Shown here piece by piece: positions 1-9,800 of a stretch of 32,000 nucleotides of DNA. How positions within the stretch are numbered: position 1 is the first letter of the stretch; each line of letters starts with the position of its first letter. Made by a program: the position numbers and the translations under genes. The stretch is from Candidatus Heimdallarchaeota archaeon B3_Heim. Its GTDB lineage: Archaea > Asgardarchaeota > Heimdallarchaeia > Hodarchaeales > Hodarchaeaceae. The notes beneath the pieces were generated by a model, which did no database searches, was not told the origin of the DNA, and saw nothing but the letters and a program-made list of their open reading frames with translations. The DNA lies in NCBI GenBank assembly GCA_003144275.1, contig NJBF01000018.1, positions 46,214 to 78,213 on the forward strand, in the 5' to 3' direction.

Positions 1-1236
1 ACCAGCAACATGCACATCCCGAGCACGATGATTTGTACTAGCGAAATCGATCGTGTTAGGAGTGACGGAATCACTGATTTTAATTACTTGTAATCCATTA
101 GATCCATCTGCTACATAAGCATAATTACCTTCAACATACACACCCTGAGAACTATCTGATGTACCAAAACTATCAACAAAAGATGGTGTTGTTGGATCAC
201 TAATATCTATAACCTGTAATCCACTAGATCCATCTGCAACATAGGCGTAATCACCTTCAACATAAACCTCGTAAGCAGAACCAGGTGTATCATAGCTGCC
301 AGCAAGGGTTGGGTTGCTGGGATCACTTATGTCTATTACTCGTAATCCACTGGCTGCATCTGCTACATAGGCATAATTACCAGCAATAAATACATCACGA
401 GCATCAACAGTGTCGATCATATCAACACCAGTCAGTGTAGTGGGATCACTGATGTCTATAACTTGTAATCCATTAGATCCATCTGCTACATAAGCATAAT
501 TACCTTCAACATACACACCCTGATAACTATCTGATGGACCAAAACTATCAGCCAAAAATGGAGTAGTAGGATCACTGATATCAAACACACGTAAACCGTA
601 TGTTCCATTTGCTACATAGGCATAATTACCAGCAACATCCAAATCATACGCTTGATTTAATGTACCAAAAACTGAAACAATACGTTTAGGTGAAGTAGGA
701 TCACTAACATTTAATATATAAAAAGTTCCACCTGCTATATAGGCATTATCACCAGTAACATGCACATCATACCCTTCACTGTTCCATTCATCATAAACAG
801 CAGCAAAGGTTGGGGTGGTGGGATCACTGATGTCTATAATTCGTACTCCACCAATTTCATCTGCGATATAGGCATAATTACCTTCAACATACACTCCAAC
901 AGCTGAACCGGGTGAACCTATAGTTCCAGCTAAACTGAAGCTTTTTTTGGGACTTCTTATTGATCCTGTCCCCCATCCTTCTACATTCGTTATGGGATCT
1001 CTATAAGTTGTAGAAGTGAAATCCTCGCTGAATTCGACCTGAGAACTATACTTTGCTGTTTCCGTCCGTTTTTGATTTTCTAAATTCAAAAAATCTTGTT
1101 CTAATTGGACAGTTAACGTATTATGCGATTTAGCACTAGAAATCGTTTCTTGCCCATGAATAGGGGCAATAACAAGACCAACTAAGGCCAATAAAACTAT
1201 CAATATTTTTAACGGATTGTATTTTGTTGTCACCAC
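1..1236 (-). CDS. Secreted LVIVD-repeat (beta-propeller) surface protein, partial (runs off the window's left edge)
   Basis: Missing from the ORF track; translated by hand. GTG start at 1236 or 1233 after an AGGTG RBS. Signal peptide ([19 protein letters not shown]), then at least 7 ~42-aa repeats of the form [28 protein letters not shown]. No stop before base 1. Confidence 0.92.
   Translation of the reverse strand, partial: [412 protein letters not shown]
86..550. repeat. 90-bp near-identical intragenic direct repeat (86-175 and 461-550)
   Basis: 88/90 identical by manual alignment; offset 375 bp = 125 codons (3 LVIVD units). A further exact 22-bp match at 440-461 and 818-839. Confidence 0.9.
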
Positions 1237-1476
1237 TAAATACCCACCTGCGATCTCGTAACATGGTAACTAGTTCTTTTTAAGGTTAGTCATCATTCAG
1301 CAGTATGACGACAGTGTACTATTCATAATCTCCATTTTAATGACAGACCAGAAATTGAACTATCCAGTTTCCGCTTTCACATTTCTTCTGTATCTGAACT
1401 GATAAAGAAATGGTTATAATTAGAAGAAGAAATCATTGAATTGATTTGATCCATGAACCTTTCCAACATTATTCCT

Positions 1477-1560
1477 CCCTCTCGATTTTCAGAGGTAGGC
1501 CTCCTCACACGCCACTGGAAAGTGGTAATTCCTCTCAAACTTAAGTATCCCCCCGCAAAG
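1477..1560. other. GC-rich intergenic patch with hairpins (candidate structured RNA or leader)
   Basis: About half G+C by hand count in AT-rich surroundings. Stems CCACT-GGAA-AGTGG (GNRA loop on +) and CCTCT-N8-AGAGG, with a second CCTCT downstream giving an alternative partner. Confidence 0.3.
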
Positions 1561-1741
1561 CATTGTAGATAGTGAGCGCACGCTTTTTAATGTCTGTTAT
1601 ATAAAAAGAAGATTAATTGATTCATGAAGTTTTTCTTGGTAGAGGGCATATGAAATGTAATATGAACAAGAATCGATTCAAAGTAGATCATCTGTAGGGC
1701 TTTAATCGTGCTAGAATTATTATCTTTCAGTTTAGAATTTC

Positions 1742-2128
1742 CTATTTTTGTTTTGAGTAAAAGGAAATCAAATACCCATCTGGATCTGTGAAAGTAAATT
1801 CTCTATCTCCCCAAGACTTATTTTCAATATCATCAATTATTTCTATTTTATTTCGATACTTTTCATATATCTTATCCACATTGGTGACGTTAATATAAAA
1901 TTGAACTCCAGAACCATCAACTCCTCTTGGATGTAACTTATGGTTAATATCAGAGAAGGTCTTTCCAATACCTAAACGATCATTTCCAATGCGAATAGAA
2001 ACCCATGTAGGATTGTCTTTATTTGGATAAAATTCATCGATTTCTAACTCTAAAATATCACGGTAGAATTTAATCGAATTTTCTATATTGGTTGTATAAA
2101 TCATAGGTTCTAGTTTCATTACTTTCAC
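1742..2128 (-). CDS. VOC/glyoxalase-bleomycin resistance family protein
   Basis: N-terminal IYTTNIENSIKFYRDIL; C-terminal SWGDREFTFTDPDGYLISF (the WGxRxFxxxDPDGxxI motif); typical ~125-aa size. Confidence 0.9.
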   Translation of the reverse strand: MKVMKLEPMIYTTNIENSIKFYRDILELEIDEFYPNKDNPTWVSIRIGNDRLGIGKTFSDINHKLHPRGVDGSGVQFYINVTNVDKIYEKYRNKIEIIDDIENKSWGDREFTFTDPDGYLISFYSKQK

Positions 2129-2372
2129 TTATCCTCTACAAAAATAGATTATTAGATCTACTTTTTCTATTTCTAACTCTTTTAGCAATTCTGAATCCCC
2201 TCGTGATTAATCATTATTAAAAATGTATATTTCTTAGAAATTCACTAATTTAAGTTCTTTATGTCTAAAATAACAGTATATTCCCATATCAACTTTTTTT
2301 CGGAACTGTTCGTTGGTTATATTAAGAAATTTATATGTTAACTTAAGGATACCCCGACTCGAAATATGGAGA

Positions 2373-2391
2373 ACTCCAAGAATCTTGGAGT
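2373..2391. promoter_or_regulatory. Perfect 19-bp palindrome ACTCCAAGA-A-TCTTGGAGT (operator or terminator candidate)
   Basis: 9-bp arms with a 1-nt spacer, between the end of the beta-helix gene and the start of the VOC gene. The palindrome is certain, the function is not. Confidence 0.35.
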
Positions 2392-2465
2392 ATTTATTGC
2401 TCTAAAAATTTATGTGTTTGGCTTAGTCTCTAGGTTGTATTACTAGTTTCAATTAATATTCTTGC

Positions 2466-4025
2466 TCAAAATTTTCTTACTCTTAAGCGAAATGAAACTA
2501 GAATGATCAAAAGGAGGAATATACTCGGAAAAAATATAACTGAAGTGCTAGCTGTAGTATTGGTCTCTGATATGTGGATTGTATCTCCCCATTGTAAGAT
2601 TTTATTTTTAAATTCAGAAGCATCAACCGCAATAATGTAGTAATCAATCATAGTTTTTTTCGAGATAGGCCCAAAGCTGGCATGGTAAGTACCATCAATT
2701 GAAGCTGTCATCGCTATAGAAAAATATTGATCATCTACGCTATGTTCTCCCCGAACGATGTAATATAATATTACATTACTTATCCCCGAATCGTCTGAAA
2801 TATTTAAATTAATCGTGATTTGATCAGTTAAAGAGGGAGTTTCGGGATAATGTGCTAAAGAATTTACAATTGGTATACGTAAATCATAACCTGGTGGAAT
2901 TTCGGTTCCTGGGGTCGCACTTTGGGCTAATGGATAGGGATCATTTGCATTACTAGATCCTGTAATGGAATAGAAGCCTGTCCCACTATAATCTGACCAA
3001 TAATTCCACCCCCAAGTATTTTGGCCCTCATCATAAGCTTGAGGCACTTGGTTGTTGTCAATGAAATTGTTATGATGAAAAATATTGCTAGCAGAGACAC
3101 CTTTGACATATATTCCCCTGTGACTATTGTTTACCAATCGATTCCATTTAAAAACATTCTCTGAAGAATGCAAGATGAAAATACCGTCATAACCATTTAG
3201 ACTAAATAAATTATTACTAATGTTCCCCCCGCGTGAATGACTGTACTTTAAGGCAAATTCGGAGTTATAAATACAGGTGTTATTTTCAATAATACAATAT
3301 GAAGACCCCCAGAAACGAATACCAGCGACCTCATTATGGGTGCAGAGATTATCCCAAACAGAACCATAATATGAACCACCGAAGTGAATGCCATATAAAC
3401 TGTTGGCATTACAAGAATTATTCTCTACAATTGCAAATTTAGAACTCAATAGCTCGATTCCAATATAGCTGCTCTCGCATACATTATTTAGTATAGTGCA
3501 AGAATCAGAATTCACAACATGGATACCTTGACTGTTTGAGTTACAAATATTATTTACTATCAAAGAGGAACCGGAATTATTGATTAAAATACCATACTTG
3601 CTATTTATGCAGGTATTGTTGACAACGCTAGCTGTTCCAGGCTTAACACCTAATATAATAATGCCATGATATTCATCTCTAATAGTTTCGATCTGACAAT
3701 CTCGAATAACAAAATATTTTGTAGTATTATGAATAAAAATCCCTGCACTTTCATTTGCGATGATGGTTAATCCTTCTATAATCCAAGGATCCTCTTTAGT
3801 ACCTAAACCCTCAATAACGACAGCTGCTAACTCATCATCTGAAGAAACATTAATAGATCCTTGAGAATTTTGATTAGATAGACGAAAATCACCGCTAGAA
3901 TCAAATCTATATGTGCTAGAAGATAGTGGCCTGGTATATTCACTGGAATTAGTACAAATATTAATAATACTGAATAAAAGAATCAAACTAAGAAATTGAA
4001 CTTCCAAGAAATTCTTATTGATCAT
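2466..4025 (-). CDS. Secreted right-handed parallel beta-helix (NosD/CASH-type) surface protein with Ig-like domain and C-terminal membrane anchor
   Basis: Signal peptide; GxGTxxDPWIIE start motif; ~22-aa repeats (NNTCINSKYGILI, NNICNSNSQGIHV, etc.); WNYWSDY...DPYPL end motif; VTINLNISDDSGISNVILYY Ig-like domain; TM + RLRVRKF tail. Confidence 0.88.
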   Translation of the reverse strand: MINKNFLEVQFLSLILLFSIINICTNSSEYTRPLSSSTYRFDSSGDFRLSNQNSQGSINVSSDDELAAVVIEGLGTKEDPWIIEGLTIIANESAGIFIHNTTKYFVIRDCQIETIRDEYHGIIILGVKPGTASVVNNTCINSKYGILINNSGSSLIVNNICNSNSQGIHVVNSDSCTILNNVCESSYIGIELLSSKFAIVENNSCNANSLYGIHFGGSYYGSVWDNLCTHNEVAGIRFWGSSYCIIENNTCIYNSEFALKYSHSRGGNISNNLFSLNGYDGIFILHSSENVFKWNRLVNNSHRGIYVKGVSASNIFHHNNFIDNNQVPQAYDEGQNTWGWNYWSDYSGTGFYSITGSSNANDPYPLAQSATPGTEIPPGYDLRIPIVNSLAHYPETPSLTDQITINLNISDDSGISNVILYYIVRGEHSVDDQYFSIAMTASIDGTYHASFGPISKKTMIDYYIIAVDASEFKNKILQWGDTIHISETNTTASTSVIFFPSIFLLLIILVSFRLRVRKF

Positions 4026-4106
4026 TTTTTTTAGTACCCTTACTCATTTGATACCAGAAGTCAGAATTAGAACTAACTATCAATATCTTTGTTTTATATC
4101 TATTGA

Positions 4107-4364
4107 TCAAACCATAACGCTTTGTTTTCCAGCATCATCGTAGAGCTGGAAAAAATAATCAATTGCAGGGCGGATTAAATGTTGGTCTTCAGTAATAATA
4201 CCTGCTTCATGTAAAACAGTCATAGATCGTTCTACTAAATTTGCTGAGCCTAAATACATCTTTATTTCATCAGATATAATCATTTTCGTATGTAAATTTG
4301 GGTTTAAAGAAAATTTTTTTTCTTTTTCACTGGTTAGGTAAGTAGTCGTTTTTTCATCTCTTCC
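4107..4364 (-). pseudogene. C-terminal remnant of a phospholipase D-family (HKD) nuclease/phosphodiesterase
   Basis: Hand translation: ...NPNLHTKMIISDEIKMYLGSANLVERSMTVLHEAGIITED...*, a complete HxK(x4)D(x6)GSxN motif. The open frame has no start codon upstream of the His; the first in-frame ATG (4283) lies inside the motif. Confidence 0.8.
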
Positions 4365-4986
4365 TCATTTTTCTTCTTTGAATGAGAAGTAGAAGGATGA
4401 CGGTTGCTCCAAAATAGAAGGGGAAACTGGGTGCAGAACCGGCCGTAGTAAAAGGGTAGGTTAACAACCACGCGGTAATATTTGAAACATAAAGTTCTCC
4501 TATTCCTATGTTCACAGGATACCCTGGGAAAGTTTGCTCAATACAGTACTCCCCATTCGCACTTCCATTCACTTCGACTAAGGAATACTGGAAATCAAAG
4601 CCTGGTGCTTCATCTGAAACAATATGTGCTATAAATTGTCCCCTGTGGGTTTTGCCAGGTAGAATTGTGAATGTTTCGATTCCTTCGAAAGCGATATAAT
4701 GTTGGGGGATACTTCCTGAGATGGTTAGATTAAATCTTACAGCTGAACTTGAACTTCCCGCAAGAGTAATGGTTAAATTCCAAGTAACACCAATCGCACT
4801 TGTATAGATCCATTTTTGAAATAATTTTGCAGATTCCGAAGTGTTAGTCAAACCAAAGAACCCAGTTATAATCGTGTTCTCAGGAAGACTTGTAGCTTTG
4901 CTTCCTAACTCTACATTCAGGAGCGAACTAGTTAAGCAAGCAAGGAGGATGTAGAAGCAGACAATTATATTTTTAAACTTCCTCAT
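4354..4986 (-). CDS. Small secreted beta-rich protein with C-terminal TM + basic tail
   Basis: N-terminal signal (MRKFKNIIVCFYILLACL); C-terminal SAPSFPFYFGATVILLLLIQRRKMRKR. Confidence 0.8.
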   Translation of the reverse strand: MRKFKNIIVCFYILLACLTSSLLNVELGSKATSLPENTIITGFFGLTNTSESAKLFQKWIYTSAIGVTWNLTITLAGSSSSAVRFNLTISGSIPQHYIAFEGIETFTILPGKTHRGQFIAHIVSDEAPGFDFQYSLVEVNGSANGEYCIEQTFPGYPVNIGIGELYVSNITAWLLTYPFTTAGSAPSFPFYFGATVILLLLIQRRKMRKR

Positions 4987-5031
4987 AATTCCTTATACCT
5001 TCAATTTTATATTAAATAGATATTAGCATTT

Positions 5032-6315
5032 TTAAGACTTTCTTAGAAATTTACCTGTTTTCTCTCTAATTTTATACAGAATTCCTGAAGTGATGATTTC
5101 CTGGAACTTCTTCATGACAATTTGCGATTTAATTAAAGCATAAACCCTTGGATGTGTTTTTGAAATCCACATCAAATCCTGGTGTTCATTTACTCTTATC
5201 TGCTTTTCCCAATCTGAAGCTTCTAGTGGAAGAAAGAGATTAGAGATTAATTTTTCATACCGAGTATGATCGACATCCAATAATAGTTTCATAAAGTAGA
5301 GTTTTTGTGCCAATGGGAGTTTATCAACCCCTTCAAGAAGTAATGCATCATCTAATTTTATCAATAAGGCTATTAAAAAATCAAAGTTCAGCCATTCTTC
5401 AAGCATAGGAAGAAATTGGTTTGTATTGAATTCAGAGAAAATTTCCTTTGGCAACACTTCATTTTTCCATAATAGATCGAATATGCTCCCTAGTTCGTTT
5501 GGAGAAGGTTGTTTGACCAAAAATTTTCGGATGGATTGTATTAGAAGCTCATTTGCTACTTTAGGAAGTTTGTTCTGGTATTCGATATAGAACCATGCCA
5601 AAAAACTCAAATCTTCTTTTTTAATCAGTGGTAGTATTAAACTAGGTTTAATGGAGTCTTTTACAGTATCTAGTAAGGTTTCATCAGCTGCATCTATTCC
5701 ATAAACCCAAAATCGAATATCTTCAAAACTAGTAGAACGCTCTATCACTTTAATAATATTAGTAATCCCCATAGTGTTCAAAGTTTCCAGTGCAATAGAA
5801 TTTAAAATCTTAGTTAATCCAACAAGAGCAGTTCCAAAACTTAGAGGGGGAATTTCATCTGTTAATGCTCTTGTAAGAATCTCTGGTGAGATTCTAGAAA
5901 TTGTTTGCTTGATAATACTTTCTTCTCTCCATTCACCCCATCTTAGTCTACTGAGAAATTCGATTAAGTTTTCTGATTCCATCTTTTCTAAATAGAGCAT
6001 AATGGATTTACAAACCACTTTCTGCATATCACTTGATAATTCAAGTTTTTTGATCTTTTCATCAATCAGGTACACGTCAATGATCGTTTTACTATTGGTA
6101 ATGGATTTTATTAAGAGACTAACTACATTAAACTCCCTAAGAAAGTCTTTATTCTCGTTTAAGATTTCTTTTAATCGTACTAATGATGAAAGAAGTCTTT
6201 CGAGAGATTTCTCTGAAATCTTGTCTAAGAATGGAAAAACCAATTCTTTAAATGTGGATTCATCTATAACTAATAGTTCTTCAAGAAAGGAGAGATATCT
6301 ATTCTCCCAAAACAT
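5032..6315 (-). CDS. Hypothetical Leu/Ile-rich alpha-helical protein, possibly N-terminally truncated
   Basis: 427-aa ORF, no recognisable motif. The frame stays open ~28 codons upstream of the ATG with no start codon or RBS. Confidence 0.7.
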   Translation of the reverse strand: MFWENRYLSFLEELLVIDESTFKELVFPFLDKISEKSLERLLSSLVRLKEILNENKDFLREFNVVSLLIKSITNSKTIIDVYLIDEKIKKLELSSDMQKVVCKSIMLYLEKMESENLIEFLSRLRWGEWREESIIKQTISRISPEILTRALTDEIPPLSFGTALVGLTKILNSIALETLNTMGITNIIKVIERSTSFEDIRFWVYGIDAADETLLDTVKDSIKPSLILPLIKKEDLSFLAWFYIEYQNKLPKVANELLIQSIRKFLVKQPSPNELGSIFDLLWKNEVLPKEIFSEFNTNQFLPMLEEWLNFDFLIALLIKLDDALLLEGVDKLPLAQKLYFMKLLLDVDHTRYEKLISNLFLPLEASDWEKQIRVNEHQDLMWISKTHPRVYALIKSQIVMKKFQEIITSGILYKIREKTGKFLRKS

Positions 6316-6395
6316 CGACTGATTGGTAAGAACCTCTAAATCATACCAAGAATGGGGAATCGAATGAAAAAAATCCTTACTTGAGATGAAGTAAA

Positions 6396-6684
6396 TTGTT
6401 TAATGCAGATTTTTTTAATCTTGAAGAAAATAAAAAATATGGTAAATATCTTGAATCATTGGAAGAAGACCAAATATTAGAATTACTTACTTCTAAACAT
6501 AGTAAAAGCTATACAAAGAATCTTACTCAAGCTGATATGCTAAAAAAGTTGTTGATATTCAATAAATTCAATTATTGGTTTCATTATTATTCTTGATGTA
6601 TCATCACAAGAAAACAAAGTTGAACCTCTTGATTTTGAGGATGTTCTTTTTTATTTTGAACAAAATAAGAATTCCCTAGGTTGA
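6396..6684 (+). pseudogene. Probable frameshifted gene fragment
   Basis: 66-codon ORF with protein-like composition; near its end a second frame continues LDVSSQENKVEPLDFEDVLFYFEQNKNSLG*. Confidence 0.4.
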
Positions 6685-6867
6685 TAGGGATATACTACAT
6701 AAGAGGAGGAGATAAAACGGCAGCAAGTCGTTTATGATGATTTGTTATAGTAAAGTGAACCATGATAATCTGTCGATGGAATAGGTTCCAAAAGAATGGT
6801 TCTTAAAATTCTTCTAATTACTCTTTCAGAATTAATTGAACTAATTTTAGAAATTACTTACTGATGA

Positions 6868-9800
6868 TCATGGTATATTAAAATTGAGAGTCTTACGTTT
6901 TAGAGTAGAAAATGACATAAAAGGAAATGAGAATTCTCTTAAAAAACCAGAAAGGATTTCCTCAGATATAACGATAACAGATCTTAGTATTGGTTCATCA
7001 GATAAGTTAAATCGACTAGAAATGGTATCGAAATTTTCTTCTAACCAATCCATCCTTTTAGAATGTTTCTGGATCCATGAATCACCCTCTTCATCTGTTC
7101 CAATAAATCTATCAATTTCATTTGAGATTTCTCTAGGACTACGTCCCATATTGATATTTTTACACTCAATAACATAGATTACGTTTGTATCATGATCAAT
7201 GCTTAATATATCGATGTCCCCCAAATCTTCATCACAGTGAAATAACTCTGATGGAGCAATAGGAATATTTTTTAAATTTCGATTTAGAGAATAATTATTC
7301 TCAATCCATTCAAATACAACATTTTCAAAGTACTTTCCTTTAATATTTCTAATTTTCGCAATAAAACTCTCCATCTCAGCAGAACTATCAGTAGTTTTAT
7401 AACGAGCCATAATGATTAAACTATTCAATTGTTCTAAACTTGAAAAAGAATTTCTAGCACCCCACATCAGATGTAATTCTTCATCGATTTGATATTGAAT
7501 AATAGGTCTCCTAATGTAGGATAATCTTCTATTATAGATCCAAGGCCAAATATCATAAGTATCAAATCCATCAGGGGGAATTTCATATTTCTCACGAAGG
7601 GAAAGACTGAATAAATTAATTAGTTTAATTGTTTGTTCAGAGTTTAATTCAAGAGATTCACTGAAATCAATGATAAATTCGGTCTTAGGTATGGATATTA
7701 CTGAATTCTCTTTTTCTATTGCTTTTGAATATAATAACATTATAAAATTACTGATGATCTCTCTATTTACACCAAATTCCGAAACAATTGCTGATTCGTA
7801 GTCAACTTCGAAACCATTATAATTATTAAGAAGATCGGAATAACTAAATGATGTAGGTGTCTGATCAAACGATTTGTAAACATCTTCGGTGAACTTTGCA
7901 GTTAAAAATTGATTAAATTTACTCATTCCTCCTTTCAATGTCCCTATTCTACCTGAAGGGAGTATTGATATTGTTTCATCAAAAACTGCTAAGTGATTAT
8001 AATCACTAATCAACCCCCAATTCACGATATGGTGACAGATTGCTAGTAGTTCAAGATATTCTACAATCGAAATCTCTTCTTCTCCATTTATTGACATAGC
8101 ACTAATAATTTCTATTAAGATTCGTATAGAAACTGATGTATTATTCTGAATTGAATTATTAGATAATAATTCATTTACCATACTCTCAATCCCAAAAAAA
8201 CACTCTACTTGTGAGGCGAGAGTTCGTGAATTCAGAGTCATGTTCCAGATATTAACCTCATATTGGGATATGAGAAATTCTAATAGATATTCCTTATCGA
8301 ATCTTTGTAATTTATTCTGTAGTAATTTATAATAAAAATCAACAATTTCATTTAAGATTTCTCCCTTTTCCTCTTTCGATTCGATCTCTATAATCGAATC
8401 AGTCTTCCTATCGATTTTTTCAGCAAGATTCTGAAGATAATATTCAATATCCCCACGTTTTATTCTATAAAAAGTTACCAATGATTCATTCTGGATCTTA
8501 AAATCAGAGGGTTGAAAAAAATGTATCTTTTTCTTGAATCCGAGAGGAATAATTCTTTCAAAATCCTTTTCGTAATCTAAGGTTGAATCAAAGAATTTAG
8601 TAATTCCTCTTAACAAATCAGACATAATTTTCCTTTCTGCAATGTTATTAGTTTCCATAAACAGCTTTTTAAAATAAAATGGAATAGAAACTACAATCCG
8701 AAGGAATATCTTTTCTTTATAGATGTTTACACTAAGATCTTTAGGATGATCTGATCCTTCATTGGGCACTAACCATTTCTTTGGATTCTCAAAATTAAAT
8801 GTTAGAAGAACCTGTGAAAAATCTTTTTGGATAATTAACCGTCCTAAAACATCACTAAATTGCCAGACCCAATATGCGAACATTTCAGAAAATTCAATAA
8901 ATAACCACATTACATCATTGATGATTTCATCTGAAGTCTCGTAAGTATCAACCCAAAAAGGATAATCAAATGCTTCAATAGAACTCAGGAATCTCATAAT
9001 TACTCGATCGTCAGGATTTTTAACAAAAATTGGTATTCTACCCTCTTCATCTGTTTCTTTCCGTATAACTGGTATTGTTCCTTCACTTAAATCTACCAAA
9101 TGTATATCATTAAGGCGTTTTGTTAATACTCTCAATTCATTCCCCTCATTTATAGGGAAAATCACCTCACCTTTGATTTTGGAGTCTGAAAAGTATAGTG
9201 AGAAGTCATTTCCATAATAAAAACCAAATTCATCTAGAAAAGAAGTAGATAACAATTTTATTTCTTGAGATAATTCAAACCTCCAAGGTAAGTACCTAAT
9301 TATATCAAATATATCGAATTTTCTTGCCTTTGCCAGTACAGAAAACTCTTCGAAAGGAATTAACCAATATAGATTCTCCATATCCTTTGTTTCGACTCCT
9401 GCTATCATATTTCTTCCCATTGGCGATATCAAATGGCAAATCACTATTTCAGTCTTGTATTGCTTCTCTAGGAGTCGTATGACATCTCTAATTCTTTTAC
9501 CTATTTTTGAATTCAATTCAGGATAAGAATCTCCCTTAATAAAGGGGTTATCATGATTAAAATTTTTAAAATCGTCAAAAACCATAATTGAATATATCAT
9601 TTTATTGTTAGTATCGAATTCATATAAATCTTCGATAATAGGAAGTTTTAATGTCAATTTTGGCAGATCTTGAAGTGGCTTCTTTCTTACTTTTAGAAAT
9701 AGAAAGTAATATTCTAGTAAATTTCGACAATGTTCTCTATAATTGTAATAGAGTATTTGTCTAAATGTTACCTTTAATTTCTTCTTTTTACTTAAGATTT

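Noticed and set aside
86-550. Diversity-generating retroelement TR/VR pair
   Set aside because: The two mismatches are reciprocal (C>A and A>C on the coding strand), not adenine-specific. Both copies are in frame within one gene, and there is no reverse transcriptase in the window.
1310-1470. Selenocysteine read-through of the TGA ending the 30-codon minus-strand ORF
   Set aside because: No redox motif around the TGA, another stop follows soon, and no SECIS could be identified.
1490-1560. Cobalamin riboswitch or HDV-like ribozyme
   Set aside because: GCCACTG and CCCCCGCAA are present but in the wrong order for a cobalamin riboswitch. The HDV-like CCTCCTC lacks a P1 partner and the catalytic C after the hairpin.
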